DNA from: Chiloscyllium plagiosum
Taxonomy: Eukaryota
NCBI RefSeq assembly: GCF_004010195.1
Contig: NC_057720.1
Location: 8,362,164 to 8,426,163 of the forward strand
DNA: 64,000 nucleotides
Direction: 5' to 3'
A program made the translations under genes and the position numbers. Positions 38,153-51,549 of the stretch are shown here, piece after piece. The notes under the pieces are model-generated. The model searched no databases. It worked only from the letters and a program-made list of their open reading frames with translations, and was not told the origin of the DNA. Numbering within the stretch: the stretch's first letter is position 1; every line of letters starts with the position of its first letter.

Positions 38153-38939
38153 AAATAGACATTATTTCTGATTTGGCAACACCGCGAAGTTGTCCATGTC
38201 AACATGAATGCATAACTTCACATTTATTTGTATTACTTTGGTCTGATCATTAACATATACTTTCATTGGAAAGAGAAAGTTAAGAAAATGAGTCAGAAAC
38301 TAGAAACAGTGGTTCACAAAAATATATCTATTTCCAGATAAATAAGATTTCTGCTGATTTGAATCTGCTTTTGAAGTGTACACTGTGAGAGTATCCTCCA
38401 TTCAAAACAATGTCTTGACACAGCTTGCAGCATTCCGTTGTCTGAGTCAGATGGCTATGGCTTCAAGATTAGGCTCGTATCCCCTTGAGTGTAAAGACTG
38501 AAGTACCTAAGATGATTAAAGGATTGGAACGGACTGATAAAGTGAAACAGCTGTAAAATTCGGCTCTGTGACATGCATACCTCGAGCCCTGTGTATGGAG
38601 TGAAAAGCTAACCCAATGGTGCTCCCGTACCTGTTGTTACCTCACAAACAATGAGAACAAAATATTACTCTTATTTGATTTTGACTCCCTTTTCTGTCTG
38701 AGAGGACATCTTTTCCCATACCCACCAGTAGCTTAGACTATTAACAGAAAATATAATTAATGGTGGTGAATCAACACAATATCTAAGCTATTACCCAGAA
38801 TTATAAGGGGAGATAAAGGTTATATTACGAGACCAGAATCACAGGTTAATGCCCTGGGAGCATGGGTTCAAATCCTACTATGGCAGATGGTGAAATTTAA
38901 ATTCAATAGAAATCTGACATTAAAAAGCTAATCTAATCA

Positions 38940-39485
38940 CAGTTACAGAGTCATACAGATGTACGGCTCAGAAACAAATCTTTCAGTCCAAACCATCTGT
39001 GCCAACTAGATATCCTAAATTAACCTTGTATCATTTGCCAGCATTTGGCCCATATCCCTCTAAATCCTTCGTATTCTTATGTCCATTCAGATGCCTTTTA
39101 TATGTTTTAATTGTGCCAGCCTCCACTACTTTCTTTGGCAGCTCATTCTGTACAAGCACTACCCTCTGCATGAACAAGTTACCCCTTAGATCCCTTTCAA
39201 ATGTTTCCCTCTCTCCTTAAACCTATGTCCTCTAGTTTTGGGCTCCTCCACCCCAAGGAAAATACCTTGTCTATTTACCTTATCCATTCTCCTCATGATT
39301 TTATAAATCTCTACAAAGTCACCCCTCAGCCTCTGGTGCTCCAGGGAAAATAGCCCCAGCCTATTAGCCTCTCTATAGCACAAACCCTCCAACTTAGGTA
39401 ACATCCTTGTAAATTGTTTATGACCTTATCAAGTTTCACAACATCCTTCCTATAGCAGCAAGATCAGAACTGCATGCAATATTGT
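38940..39485 (-). mobile_element. HER1-like CR1 LINE 3' part
   Basis: RLGLFSLEHQRLRGDFVEIYKIMRRMDKVN..RGHRFK. Confidence 0.88.
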
Positions 39486-39739
39486 TGACAGTATTAAAAT
39501 TCCACCTGGTTCGCAAATGCTCTGTAGGGAAGGAAATATGACCTCAGATCTATAGCAATACAGTTGATTTTTTAACTGCCCTCTTGTGGCATAGTGGTAG
39601 TTTGCCTCGCCCTGAACTGAGAGGCCCTGGTTCAAGTCTGACCTGCTCCAGAGGTGTGTAATGACATCTTTGAACAAGTTGATCAGAAAACTAAGTTATT
39701 TAAAAAAAATCTAGGTTCTCAACCCCTCCAATTCTATTT

Positions 39740-40072
39740 GTGGGGTGACATAGTGGCTCAGCAGTTCACACTGCTACCTCACAGCACCAGGAACCTGGCT
39801 TCGACCGTCTGCGTGGAGTTTGCACGTTCTTCTCGTGTCTGTGTGGGTTTCCTCTGGGCGCTCCGATTTCCTCCCACAGTTCAAAGATGTGCAACGTAGG
39901 TGGATTGGCCGTTGGAAATGCAGGGTTACAAGGACAGCGTATGGTTGGGTGGGCGGGTGGAAGGGGGAGTTGGTAATTGGGGAGTCTGGGTGGTCGGCTT
40001 TTCGGATGGTCCGTGTAGACCTGACGGGCTGAAGGGCCTGCTTCCACACTTTCGGGATTTTATGGATTCTAC
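39740..40072 (+). mobile_element. HE1-like V-SINE variant
   Basis: tRNA-like head, V-domain GTGGAGTTTGCACGTTCT, tail GAAGGGCCTGCTTCCACACT. Confidence 0.82.
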
Positions 40073-40187
40073 AACTCAGATGAGCAATGAATACTGGCCT
40101 ATGGGGTTAGTGTGGATGGATATTTTGGTTGGCATGGACCAGTTTGAGGTGAAGGGCCTGTCTCTATGCTGTAGGACTCTATGACTC

Positions 40188-41019
40188 TGTAGCTGGATGG
40201 GCCACTCAAATGAAAAATGGACAATAAATGAGGCCTGTTGGGAAACTGAGACAAGCATAGACCAAAAGTGAGTCTGGAATAAAGACTATGGAATAAACAT
40301 GTTTCAGAAAGCAGATAGAGTGCAGACCGACAGACAGTATGCAACTGACTCAGCAGCTGCAGACAATACAATATACAAGTGAATTGGAATTGAATAGAAT
40401 CAACCTGAATGCCATCCTCAGGACAATTGGAAACATCGAGTTGTTTACCAGGTACAGGGGCATCTCACACCCTTATTTGGAAAGGGCTACCTGACCTACT
40501 TGGTCCCAACACCCCAAGGAATGGATGCCCAAGGACCATCCAACCATCAACATGTCACCGCCTGGTTGGATCCGATCGATCAGGGTGATTGAGCCCTGAT
40601 CGATCTATTGGTGGACTTCGAAGATCCTCCCAAAAGATTGAAGTATAAGAATCACCGCAACATCACCCTCAGAGGCAACAACTCGAGACCAACCACTGTA
40701 AAGAGAAGACAGCCCTGAGACCAAAAGGAGAAGCCGACCAGACAATCATCGTTGCGTGGGTCACTGTCAAGATCTGGATATGATCATCCAGAGTTAAGTT
40801 AAAGCACAAGATATTTGATTAGATTTATAGTATAAAGTTAAAAATCACACAACAGGTTATAGTCCAACAGGTTTAATTGGAAGAACTAGTCGTGTATTTT
40901 ATTATTATAATACTGACTCTGTTAAATGAATAAATATTATAATTTATTACTATCAAGAGTGAACTCACAGTTTCTTTGCTAGATATATGAGTTAAACACA
41001 CTGTGTGGCAGAGACAACA
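40188..41019 (+). mobile_element. Solo LTR (ERV- or Gypsy-type), 832 bp
   Basis: TGT...ACA termini with exact 4-bp TSD ACTC (40184-40187 and 41020-41023); TATA-like GTATAAGA at about 40643; AATAAA at about 40929; lands in a HER1 tail. Confidence 0.72.
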
Positions 41020-43209
41020 ACTCTAACCAACAATATCCACAAATAAATAAATCAGAAAGATGGTAATGGACTGAGCTTCAGAGATGTGCCCCCACAGTCT
41101 CACAAAGAAGTCTCTGAATTATCACAATGCCAGTGGTCCTGGAGAGGTGGGTTGACTTCTATACAGTTATTAAAAATGTGTTGCTGGAAAAGCGCAGCAG
41201 GTCAGGCAGCATCCAAGGAGAAGGAGAATCGACATTTCGGGCATAAGCCCTTCTTCAGGAATGTTTCAATACAGTTGTGTTGAGTTAGGAGAAATTGGAA
41301 CTGCTCTCCTTACAGCAGACAAAGCTAAACATGGAGACAATTGAGGTCTTCAAAAAGATGAGGAGCTTTGATAAAGTGGGTGGGTAAAAGAAATTTTTCC
41401 AAATAAAAGTCACAACAGTGAGAAATAGAATTGAATTTTTGACACATGCACTGAGTTGGTAAAATCTGGAATGCAGTAGTTAATGGGGGTGGGGGTTGGA
41501 TTCCATAGGAATTTTTAAATGGTAATTTTACATGCAATTGAAGAAATCAAATTTGTTGCGTTTTGGAGAAGATTATAGGAATGTGGTAGCAAACTAGAGA
41601 ACTCTTTCATAGAGCTACTCCAGGTACAGCAACCCCTATAACTTCTTCTGCACTGTAATATGTATAGTCCTATGATCCTATGATCTCCAGGTCAGCACAG
41701 AGAAGTGAAATGATCCAGACATTTGAATGGGATGGTTGGGGAGAGAGAGGGAGGGAGGGAGAGAGGGACAGGTGGGGAATAGGAGGGAGTTGGGGAGGGA
41801 AAGGGGGGACAGGTGCGCAGAGGGAGAGGGGGGATGGTTGGGGGTTCNNNNNNNNNCCCTGCCCAGTGAAGTAGTTGAGGCTTCCTCAGTAAATGCTTTC
41901 AATACTAAGAAAGAGAATTTTCGAACAGTAGAGGAATTAAGGGATCGATTGAGAGGGCAGGCAACTGGAGCTGAGGCCATTAAAAGATCAGCCATGATCC
42001 TATTGAATGGCGAAGCAGGCTCGATGGGTCAGATGGCCTACTCTGCTCCGAGTTCTTATGTCCTTATGTGTGTCCTTATGTTCTTAGGGCTGTCTTTGGG
42101 AATTTGCTGTGTATAAACTGCATTTGTCTATGATAACAGTGACTACATTTCAAAAATGAATTAAGTGACTGTGAGATGTATGAGGAGACCCTGAGAATGC
42201 AAGATGTGTTGAATAAGTTCAAGTTCTTTCTCTTTGTACCAGTATCCACCACACACACTGTATTGTTTAAATCATTGACACTGCTTCCTGCGTTTGCGAA
42301 ACTGGGAAAGTCAAATCATGAGATGAAGAAAGGTTTAGTGGTAATGCTAAATATTCCTGGTCACCATTCACCTCCCATCTTTATTTTTGGGCATCAATAG
42401 AAGGACAGTGCATCCTTTCTGAAGAGACACTTCTTCTTTCTAGGTGGCCATTAGGAACATAAATTACTTGGGTTGAACATAAAGGATAAAGTATCTTCCA
42501 CACAGCCTCAAAGACTTTTCCCTGGTCAGCACCAATACGTAAGGTTCCCCATTCTCAGCTAACTTATGAGAATGATAAACTGTCAATTTAGTATCAGATT
42601 AAAAGCTCTTGTGGGACAGTGGTAGTGTCCCTACCTTCAAATCAGGAGGTCTGAGCTTCAATATGTAACGATATTGCTGTTTCAGTGCTCCAACGAGTCT
42701 CAGTGCAGGCTGAAAGAATGACATCTCATTTTTCACCAGAGGACCCTGCAGCTTCTAGATCTCAGCATGAAGTTCATTAATAGTAGAGCTTGATTCCATC
42801 CTTTTTACCCTTACCAAACCCTAGTCCTGTCATGGCATTGCTTTCCACTATCTGTCAGGGTGGGATTCGAATGGGGACCCTCAGCATATTACTTGGACCT
42901 CTGGATCTAGTGATAATACCACTAAGCCATCACCTCCCCTAAACCAGGAGATTCGGGTTGCTTTTGGCACAGCTAACTCATTCCCTCCTACCCTCAGCTC
43001 TCATTATCACTTATCCAGCTTCTCTTCTGTCCTGGCTTACTATCAATAATCCCCTCACCTGTCTACCCCTATCATCTTTCTCTCTGTCTGCCTCTGGGCT
43101 CTGTCTCCACCCATCCACTCACCTCACCTCTCTCCCCTTCAATCTTGCCTTCAGCATATATACCATGATTCCCTCATTGCTATCAGTTCTGAAGAAAATT
43201 CAACACAAG

Positions 43210-44345
43210 TTTTTAAAATCATGAGGAGCATGGGTGGGTAAACAGAGGAGTTGTGGGGGAGTCCAAAACTGAAGGGCATAGGTTTAAGGTGAGAGGGGAA
43301 AGATTTAAAAGGGACCTAAGGGGCAATTTGTTCTCATAGAGGGTGGTGTGTGCTTGGAATGAGTTGCCAGTGGAAGTGGTGGAGACTGGTATAATTGCAA
43401 CATTTAAAGGGCATCTCGATGGGTACATGAATAGGAAGGGTTTAGAGGGATAAGGGGCAAGTGCTGACAAATGGAACTAGATTAATTTAGAATATCTGGT
43501 CAGCATGGAAACAGACCCTTCTGTCCAAATTGTCCATGCCAACCATCACTATGACTCGAAATGATAACTCTGCTTTCTCTCCACATGTGCCACAAGATCT
43601 GAGTGTTACCAGTCATTTCTGTTTTTGTTTAATATCTATGAACATGCTGGTTAGACCTTACTTGCAGTCCTGTGAGCAGATCGAGGCATTACACCTTATT
43701 GACCTTGAAGGGACTGCAATCTAGGTTTACAGGAATGCTACCTGGACATCAGGAGTTAAGTTATGAGGTGAGATTATACAAATTTGGCCAGTTTTCTTTC
43801 AAACTTACAAGGTTAAGGTGTGAGCTGATCAAAAATATTAGCAGGAAAAGACAGGGAAAGTTAAACTATTCCATTGTTTGGAGAATAGTCATAGAGATGT
43901 ACAGACCCTTTGGTCCAACTCATCAATGCAAGCCAGGTATCCTAAATTAATCTAGTCTCATTTGCCAGCATTTGGCCCAGGTCCCTCTAAACCCTTTCTA
44001 TTCATATATCCATCCAGATGCCTTTCAAATGTCGTAATTGTACCAGCCTCCACCACTTCCTCTGGCAGCTCATTCCATGCAAACATCACCCTCTGCATGA
44101 AAAGGTTGCCCCTTAGGTCTGAGAATTGGGGCCAGACTGTTCAGGAGAGATGTTAGGAAGCAGTTCTACACCTCTGGTAGATGTTTGGAACTCTCTCCCG
44201 CAAACTGCTGGATCAGTTGTCAGTTCTAAATATTAAGGGATATCGGCCAAATGCAGGTATATGGAGTGAGACCACATATCAGCCAAGGTCTCATTGTGTG
44301 GTAGAACAGGCTCAACAGGCTGAATGGCCTACTCCTGTTCCTATG
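43210..44345. mobile_element. Cluster of CR1/HER1 fragments (plus 43210-43510; plus 43620-44345, split by a minus HER1 at 43886-44120)
   Basis: Homology to the other CR1/HER1 ends in this window. Confidence 0.8.
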
Positions 44346-44824
44346 TTGCTGTGTAACAGGTTTATTTCTGCGTGCTGTGCCCTCCATTATGTATAACCTG
44401 GGCTGAGGATAGTTCAAACTGATTTTGTTTCAAGCTGTCACAACCAACAGATGGAAAACATTCTCACCTCCCCCAGCCTGCATTTATTTGAAAGGTGAAG
44501 TACATTGAGCAATTGGACTCCCATTTTGTGCTGTAAGCCAGGGATTCATTATCAAGTAATAGCTGCTTTTCCCGAGCCTCCGCGGCACACTGTAAAGGAA
44601 GTCATCACTTCAGGGTGAATTCCAGTCAAACCCACAATTGTTATGGACAGAGTGAAAGATATTTGAGAGAGTTTTACATTAGCTGCTGGCTCTGTTGGGT
44701 GAACCAATACTCCCAGAGTGAGAGACTCAAAATGTTTCTTTGCAAGAACGTGGCACTGACCATGTGTCGGTTCAACAGAATTGGAAACATCAGTTGCAGG
44801 ATGTGAATTACTTTTTATACCCTA

Positions 44825-45822
44825 AAGGGAACGGAGGACCCTCACCAACTTTTATAGATGCATCATAGAAAGCATTCTATCTGGGTACATGACGGCCAGT
44901 ACAGCAACTGCTTTGCCCAGGATCGTGAGAAACTGCAGAAAATTGCGTGCACAGCCCAGACCATCACAGAAGCCAACCTCCCATCCATGGGCTCCATTTA
45001 CACTTCACGTTGCCACGGAAAGGCTGCCAACATCACCAAAAGCCCCTCCCACCAGATTAATGATCTCCTACTACCTCTTCTGTTAGGCAGAAGATACAGG
45101 AGCCTGAACACACACACCCGGCTTCTTCTTTGCTGTTACTGGACTGACAAATGGACTCAAAAAGTGTGGTGCTAGAAAAGCACAGCTGGTCACGCAACAT
45201 TCGAGGAGCAAGAGTATAGATATTTCGAGCATGATCCTGCTTCTCGGATGCTGCCTGACCTGCTGTGCTTTTCCAGCACCACACTTTATGACTCTGATCT
45301 CCAGCATCTGCAGTCCTCACTTTCTCCTGAGAAATGGACTCTCCGACTTCAAATAATACAGATCTTGCTAATGTTGACCTTGCCTTGCACACACCCTGTG
45401 CAATGTAACTTGTAGGCCTCTGTCTAGTTCTTTTATCACCCTATGATCTGTATGTCCCTGCTTACTATGATCTGTATAGCTCATAAACAATGCTTTTCAC
45501 TGTACTTAGGCACACGTGACAATAAATCAATCAAAATCAAATCAAATCAAAGAACAGCTTCTTCCATGCTCTTGTAAGACTGCTGAACGAACCTCTCTCA
45601 CTTCAAATAATGTTGATCTTGCTTTTGTGCCTCTCCTATGCAGCTGTAACCCTACATGCTTCACTCTGTCTGTCTAGGCACCCAATGATCTGGGTGTCCT
45701 TGTCCTTGGTTGCTTTGACCTGCCTGTACTTCTGGCAAAACAAAGCTTTTCACTGAACTTAGACACATGTGACTACAATAAATCAAATTATAATCAAATC
45801 AAAAACAATAAATCAAATCAAA
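44825..45822 (+). mobile_element. Rex1/Babar-like LINE 3' end with a second tandem 3' UTR
   Basis: NCFAQDREKLQKIACTAQTITEANLPSMGSIYTSRCHGKAANITKSPSH..LGRRYRSL; tails AATAAATCAA(TCAAA)n at about 45520-45551 and 45778-45822. Confidence 0.72.
45159..45331. mobile_element. Short fold-back PLE cassette (family A)
   Basis: Inverted arms; perfect 10-bp TSD AAATGGACTC at 45149-45158 and 45332-45341. Confidence 0.82.
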
Positions 45823-46404
45823 CCTCACCCGGTGTGCATTGTTTCTATAAATCCAAAGGCTCAGAGGGGGTGCAAAAAAGGTTTTATTGCAACAATGTTC
45901 TTGTAACTACTAAAAGCAACTCACAAAACTTCTCCACAAATGCTGCTGCATCTGTTGTCTACCTCCCCAAAGGTCAACCAGATAGAGACATTGTGGTTGT
46001 CTCCAGTGTTGATCGCTAACAGTGACTGACAGCACATTCCAGCAATAGAAGGGATTTCACAAAAGCGCAGTCCATGGAAACCGTCTCAATGCGAAAGAAA
46101 ACAACAAGTTCTTAAATGTGTTTTGTTTTGGAAACAGACAGTATTTTTCCACTGAACTTTTCAAAAAATGAGTTATTTCTATTGAACTGTCTGGAGTCTT
46201 TCTGATTCAGGTGGTGGGGCTTTTCGAACAACATTGAAAGGCTGTCCATCGAGACACGGTGATCGCACTGGGATAAGTGCGGGTAGCTGTGCCTTTCCTG
46301 AGTGTGCATTTGAAATAATGTTGGAAATTTGTTGACTTGCTTTTAAGTAGCACCTAATCACATTCTTCAGCACGATCCACAACTCTACCGACTTTAGCTT
46401 CATC

Positions 46405-46702
46405 CATACTGGGCCCTGGCTCCAGTCCATACCGGGCCCTGGCTCCGGTCCACACCGGCCCCTGGCTCCAGTCGACACCGGGCCCTGGCTCCAGTTCACA
46501 CTGGGCCCTGGCTCCAGTCCACACAGGGCCCTGACTCCAGTTCACACCGGGCCCTGACTTCAGTCCATACTGGGCTCTGGCTCCAGTCCATACTGGGCCC
46601 TGGCTCCAATCCACACTGGGCCCTGGCTTCAGTCCACACTGGGCCCTGGCTTCAGTCGACACCGGGCTCTGGCTTCAGTCGTACTGGGTCCTGGCTCCAG
46701 CC
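46405..46702. repeat. 23-bp GC-rich minisatellite, about 13 copies
   Basis: Unit CACACTGGGCCCTGGCTCCAGTC; produces the 23-aa (3 x 23 nt) periodicity in the overlapping ORFs. Confidence 0.93.
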
Positions 46703-47259
46703 TGCAGCAGGCTCTGGCTCCAATCTGTTCCGGACCCTGGTTCACTTTGAGGATCATGAGGCTGGGCGATTGCTCTAGTCTCTCCACTGCACGCCAGGAG
46801 ATCGCTCTGGGAGACTGCCACACCAGGCAGGAAGCCACTACACCAGGCTGAGAGGACGTCACAGGAAGCCAGGTTTGTCATAGGCCGGGATTCATCACCA
46901 GAGGCCAGGAGAGGGTGAAATAAAAATCGAAAGAACTGTGCTTGCAGCAAATCAGAAACAAACCACAGTTAATCAGAACGCTGAGGAAGGGTCACATGAC
47001 CCAAAATGTTAACTCTGCTTTCTCTTCACACATGCTGCCAGACCTGCTGAGCTTTTCCAGCAATTTCTGTTTTGTTGCAAATCCAGCCTAATGCCTTACC
47101 CAGGGGACAGCATGATCAACAATACAGCCCCATTCTGCTCTGGAGGAACAGCATGTATATTTTTCGTACATTTCCAAATCAAGGAGAAAGTAAGGACTTA
47201 CATTTACGTAGCACCTTACAGTCAAATATGTTCTTTTGCAGTAAAATCACTGTTGCAGA

Positions 47260-47645
47260 GTCAGATTTAATTGAAACTCATAAGATTCTGAGAGGACTTG
47301 ACCAGGTGAGTGTTGAAAGGGTGTTTGCTCTTGTGGAAGAATCTAGAACTAGTGGTCATAGTTTATACATAAGAGGTCACCCATTAAAACAGAGAAGAGG
47401 GCACATGTTTTTCTGTCAGAGGTAGAGGTCTTTTGAAGTTCCTTTCCTCAACAGGCTATGGATGCAGAATATTTAAATATTAAGGCAGAGGGAGATTGAT
47501 TCTTGGTGACCAACAGAGTGAAAGATTATCGGGGGAATTAGAGGAACATAGAGTTGAGGTTAAAATCAGATCATCCATCTTATGGAATGGTAGAGCAGGC
47601 TTGAGGGACAGAGTGATCTATTCCTGTTCCTTGTTCATAAGGTCA
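47260..47645 (+). mobile_element. CR1 LINE 3' fragment
   Basis: DLIETHKILRGLDQVSVERVFALVEESRTSGHSLYIRG. Confidence 0.8.
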
Positions 47646-50169
47646 TAAATGTTGCAGGTGCCACAACCAATCTGTGCATAGCCAGATCCCACAAATACCA
47701 TGAAATAATGATCGGATAATCTGTTTTTGTGATGTTGACAAATATTGGTCAAGACCAAGGGAATATTTCACAGTTCTTTTCAAAATAGTTTCATTAGAAC
47801 TTTTCAATTCATCTGACAGACTGGAGGGAGTTGGAGGGATGAATATTGAGGATGGTGGATAGAGTGCCACATGGGCTGTTTTGTACAGGATAGCTGTGAA
47901 TTCCCTTGATTGGGGTTGCACCCATCCAGCGGGTGGAGAGTATTCCATCACACTCCTGACTTGTGCCTTGTAGATGGTGGACAGGCTTTGGGGGAGTCAG
48001 GATGTGAATCACTTGCCGCAGAATTATCAGCCTCTGACCAGTTCCTATTTAAATGGGTTGTCATGGTTCAGCTTTTGGTTTCTGGAGTGTTGATAGTGGG
48101 GGCTTCAGTGATGACAATGATAATGAGTGTCAAGGGGAATTTTTGTTTTGTTTTTAGAGATGGTCGCTGTTGTAAAAGTTAACGAGTTAATGCTGAAGAT
48201 GTGTTCGCTTCACCCAACATGATGATTTAAGACAGTCTTTTGTAGAGATTCTGCAGTCTTAGATGGTGCCTTGATGGAGACTGATGTGACATACCTGACT
48301 CCTGATAGTTCTAATTGTACAACTCATTACTGTTAATTGTACCTATTGCAATAAGCCACACATTGTTCTGATGTGGAGGAGGCGGAGTTGGACTGGGGTG
48401 GACAATGTTAAAAACCGCACAACACCAGGGTTTATTTGGAGGTACTAGTTTTTGCAGCACAGTTTCCATATAAACCTGTTGGACAAGAACTTGATGTTGT
48501 GTGATTTTTAACGCAGTTCAAGAAGGCCAGCTCACCACCACCTTCTCAAGGGCAACTAGGGATGGGCAATAAATCTGGGTCAGCCAGTGACACTCACATC
48601 CCTCAGACGAATAACAGAAAAATAGAGGTCCTGAGACTATCAAAGAAAGGAGGATTGATATTAGCAAAATACCTTTAGTAACAGTTGCCAGTGCCTGTTA
48701 CCAAGATCCTAATATGAGAATCATTACTTACCAAGAGGTTTGTGGCAAGTGGTCATGTCCCTGAGCTAGAGGTTCTTGTTGAAGTCACAGGCTAGGATAT
48801 GTTGTCCATGGAAAGATACATTCAAAATGTCAGCCCACAGATTCAGCATTGACTTGCAAATCCTTCCAGTGGCAGAGAGTAGGAGTGGGAGTGAGCCCTA
48901 GTCAGGCATGAGATGGAAAGAAATTGGTACCTCTGCCATAACTATCAATCACTCCGGGCTATAACTTGGAGGTAAAGGTGTATATTGCCACAGCAACTCA
49001 GACTCATTAGGGAGGCCAGTGGGCTGAGATGGCTGGCATGGATCAAATAGCATAGGGCCCGATTCCACATCTAGCCTGGGTGGCCTCATTTTTCCTCTTT
49101 GTAGTGAAGGTTGAGGGCTATAGGTCAGACCTGCCTTTGGAAAAGTACAAAAAATAAAATCATCCATCCATTGTCTAAGGTTGTCCAGATCTTGCTGCAT
49201 TTGAACGTGGACTGCTTCAGCATCTGAGGTGTCATGAATGGTACTCAGCATTGCACAATCGTCAGCCAGCATCCCCATTTCTGACCTTATGATGGAGGGA
49301 AGGTCATTGATGGAGCTGCTGCAGATGGATATCTCTCAGACACCATCCTCAGGACCTCCTATAGTAATGTCCCAGGAATGAGATGCCTTCTTCCAACAAC
49401 GACTCATCTGTTTGTCATGATATAACTCCAGTCTATGGAAATACCACCCTCTCCTACACTGAAAAATAGCAAGTGTGCTAACTAATAAAAACTATACTCA
49501 AATAGCTGACAAATTGGCTAATATTATCAACTTCATGTTAGTAGAATCAATAGAATATTCATTGAGATTACTTACCTTTGTCAGTTTGCAAACTCCTTCA
49601 GTGTTTTCACTAATTTAGAAACTTTAATAAAGCCCCTCTACTGGATGTTAATTAAACCAAATATACTGACTTTAATTTTTTTTCTTAATTGTGATATAAT
49701 CATTTGAATCAGCTTTGCGCTGAAATTATAAATTATGTATCATTTTAATTGTTCAGATGAACAAACTCCTTAAATTAGCATTTATTCCAAGCAATCATTT
49801 CTTAATCCATTTTGTAACTGCGAGCGAGAAACAGAAATGGGTCACCGCTGGCAAATTCTCATCATCTGTTCTCTAACTTGAAGGAAGCTGAAGAGAAATT
49901 AGCATTAAGCAATCCAAGTGAAAGCATTACTTGGTACAACACTTGAAACGATCAGGGTCAGAGTGATAGCCTGAACCTGTTTCAATTGTTGAGGTGGGGG
50001 GGGGGGGGGGAGGGGATGTTGGAGATTCATTTTCCCAGATGTTCTCCCACAAATTGACCGAGCTAATTATCTGTTCCTTAACCTCTTTCAATCACTTTTC
50101 ATTTTCATCTGTAGGAGAGACAAATATCTAAATCTCTTCTTGTCAGAGCACAGTTTCCTTCTTTCTTTA

Positions 50170-51160
50170 TTTAATTGACATGGGTGTCACTGGCAAGGGG
50201 AGTATTTGTTGCCCATCTTTAATTGCTACTGATAAGCTGAGTTCAAGAATCACTGCAGTCCATTTGGTGTAGATACACCTATATTTCTTTAGTGAGGGAG
50301 TTCCAGGATATTGACCCAGTGGCAGTAAAGGAATGGTGGATATATTTCCAAATCAGAATAGACTGTGGTTTGGAGGGGAACTTGAAATGGGTGGTGCTGT
50401 TATGTAATTGCAGGCAGTAGAGATTGCAGGTTTGGAAGGGGCTGTCTAAGCATATTTGGAGAGTAACTGCAGTGTAGATGGTACACGTTGTTGCTGTTTG
50501 TCAGTGCTGGAGGGAATGAATGTTCAAAGTATAATCTGGCATCAATCTGGCTTCTTTGTTCTGGATGATTCTTGTGTGTTATTAGGGCTTCACTCAAACA
50601 GCAGGTAGGGTGTTTTCCATCATGCTCCCAATGTTCTTTGTAGATGATGAACAGGTTTCAGGGTATCAGGAGGTGAGCTACATGTCACTGAATTCCCAGC
50701 CTCTAACCTGCACTTGTATCCATAGCATTTATATAACTGCTACTCTGCAATGCTTGCTGTACAAGGCAACAGAATAAGTATTAATAGGTAAACTGGCCCA
50801 GTTCATAATTTTGATCAAATGTAACTCCTAGGATGTTGAGAATGGGGGAGATGGTAACGGTAATGCTGTTGAATGTCAAATGGCAATAGTTGGATTCTCT
50901 CTAGTTGGAGGTGGTCATTGTCTGGCTTGTGTGGCGTGAATGTTACCTGCCAATTATCAGCCCAAGTCTAGATGTTGTGCAGGTCTTACTGCATTTGGAC
51001 ATGGACTGTTTTGGTACCTGTGGCGTCATGAATGGTGCTGAACATTGTGCAATCATTAGCGAATAACTCCACTTATGGCCTTATGTTGGAGGCAAGGTCT
51101 TGGATGAAGCAGTTGAAGATGTTTGGGCCTTGGAAACCACTCTGAGGAACTCCTGCAGAG
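50170..51160 (-). mobile_element. Second LINE family, about 1 kb degraded copy
   Basis: Reverse homology to 29040-29550; shares segments with 1130-1400, 24720-24880, 47860-48170 and 49175-49400. Confidence 0.75.
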
Positions 51161-51549
51161 ATCTCTACATTGGCAATTCCTCAGCTGTGCCTTGCCATTG
51201 CCATACATGGAAATAGTGTCCCCTGTGGTCCCAGGGTGAAGTTTCAGAGCAACTCAGAAGACATTTGGTACCAAGAGCATCTTGCAGCGTGATGGGTCAC
51301 CAAAAGGCAGACATGTCCTTGTGCTCACAGGCCAAACTCCAGGTGAGTAGCTCCACTGCTTTACAGTAACTTGGGTGAGTTGAAGGCGAAGTGACTAAAC
51401 CCAGAATAAAAATCTAGAGTGGAGCCCAGAGGTGGATGATATCTAAATATCTCACCTTTCTGACAACTCCTACCTTCAAGCCAATGTCAGCCGTTTTGAG
51501 TTCCTTCAGCCTCAGTGGGGAATTCTGATATTTTGGCTGTCCAAGTTAT

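Noticed and set aside
46405..46702. CRISPR-like array of short repeats
   Set aside because: Units are contiguous with no unique spacers, no cas genes are present, and the context is eukaryotic; it is a minisatellite.
51170..51540. Possible RTE-like LINE 5' region or plus-strand donor CAG/GTGAGT near 51340
   Set aside because: The similarity is too vague and there is no associated ORF or acceptor.
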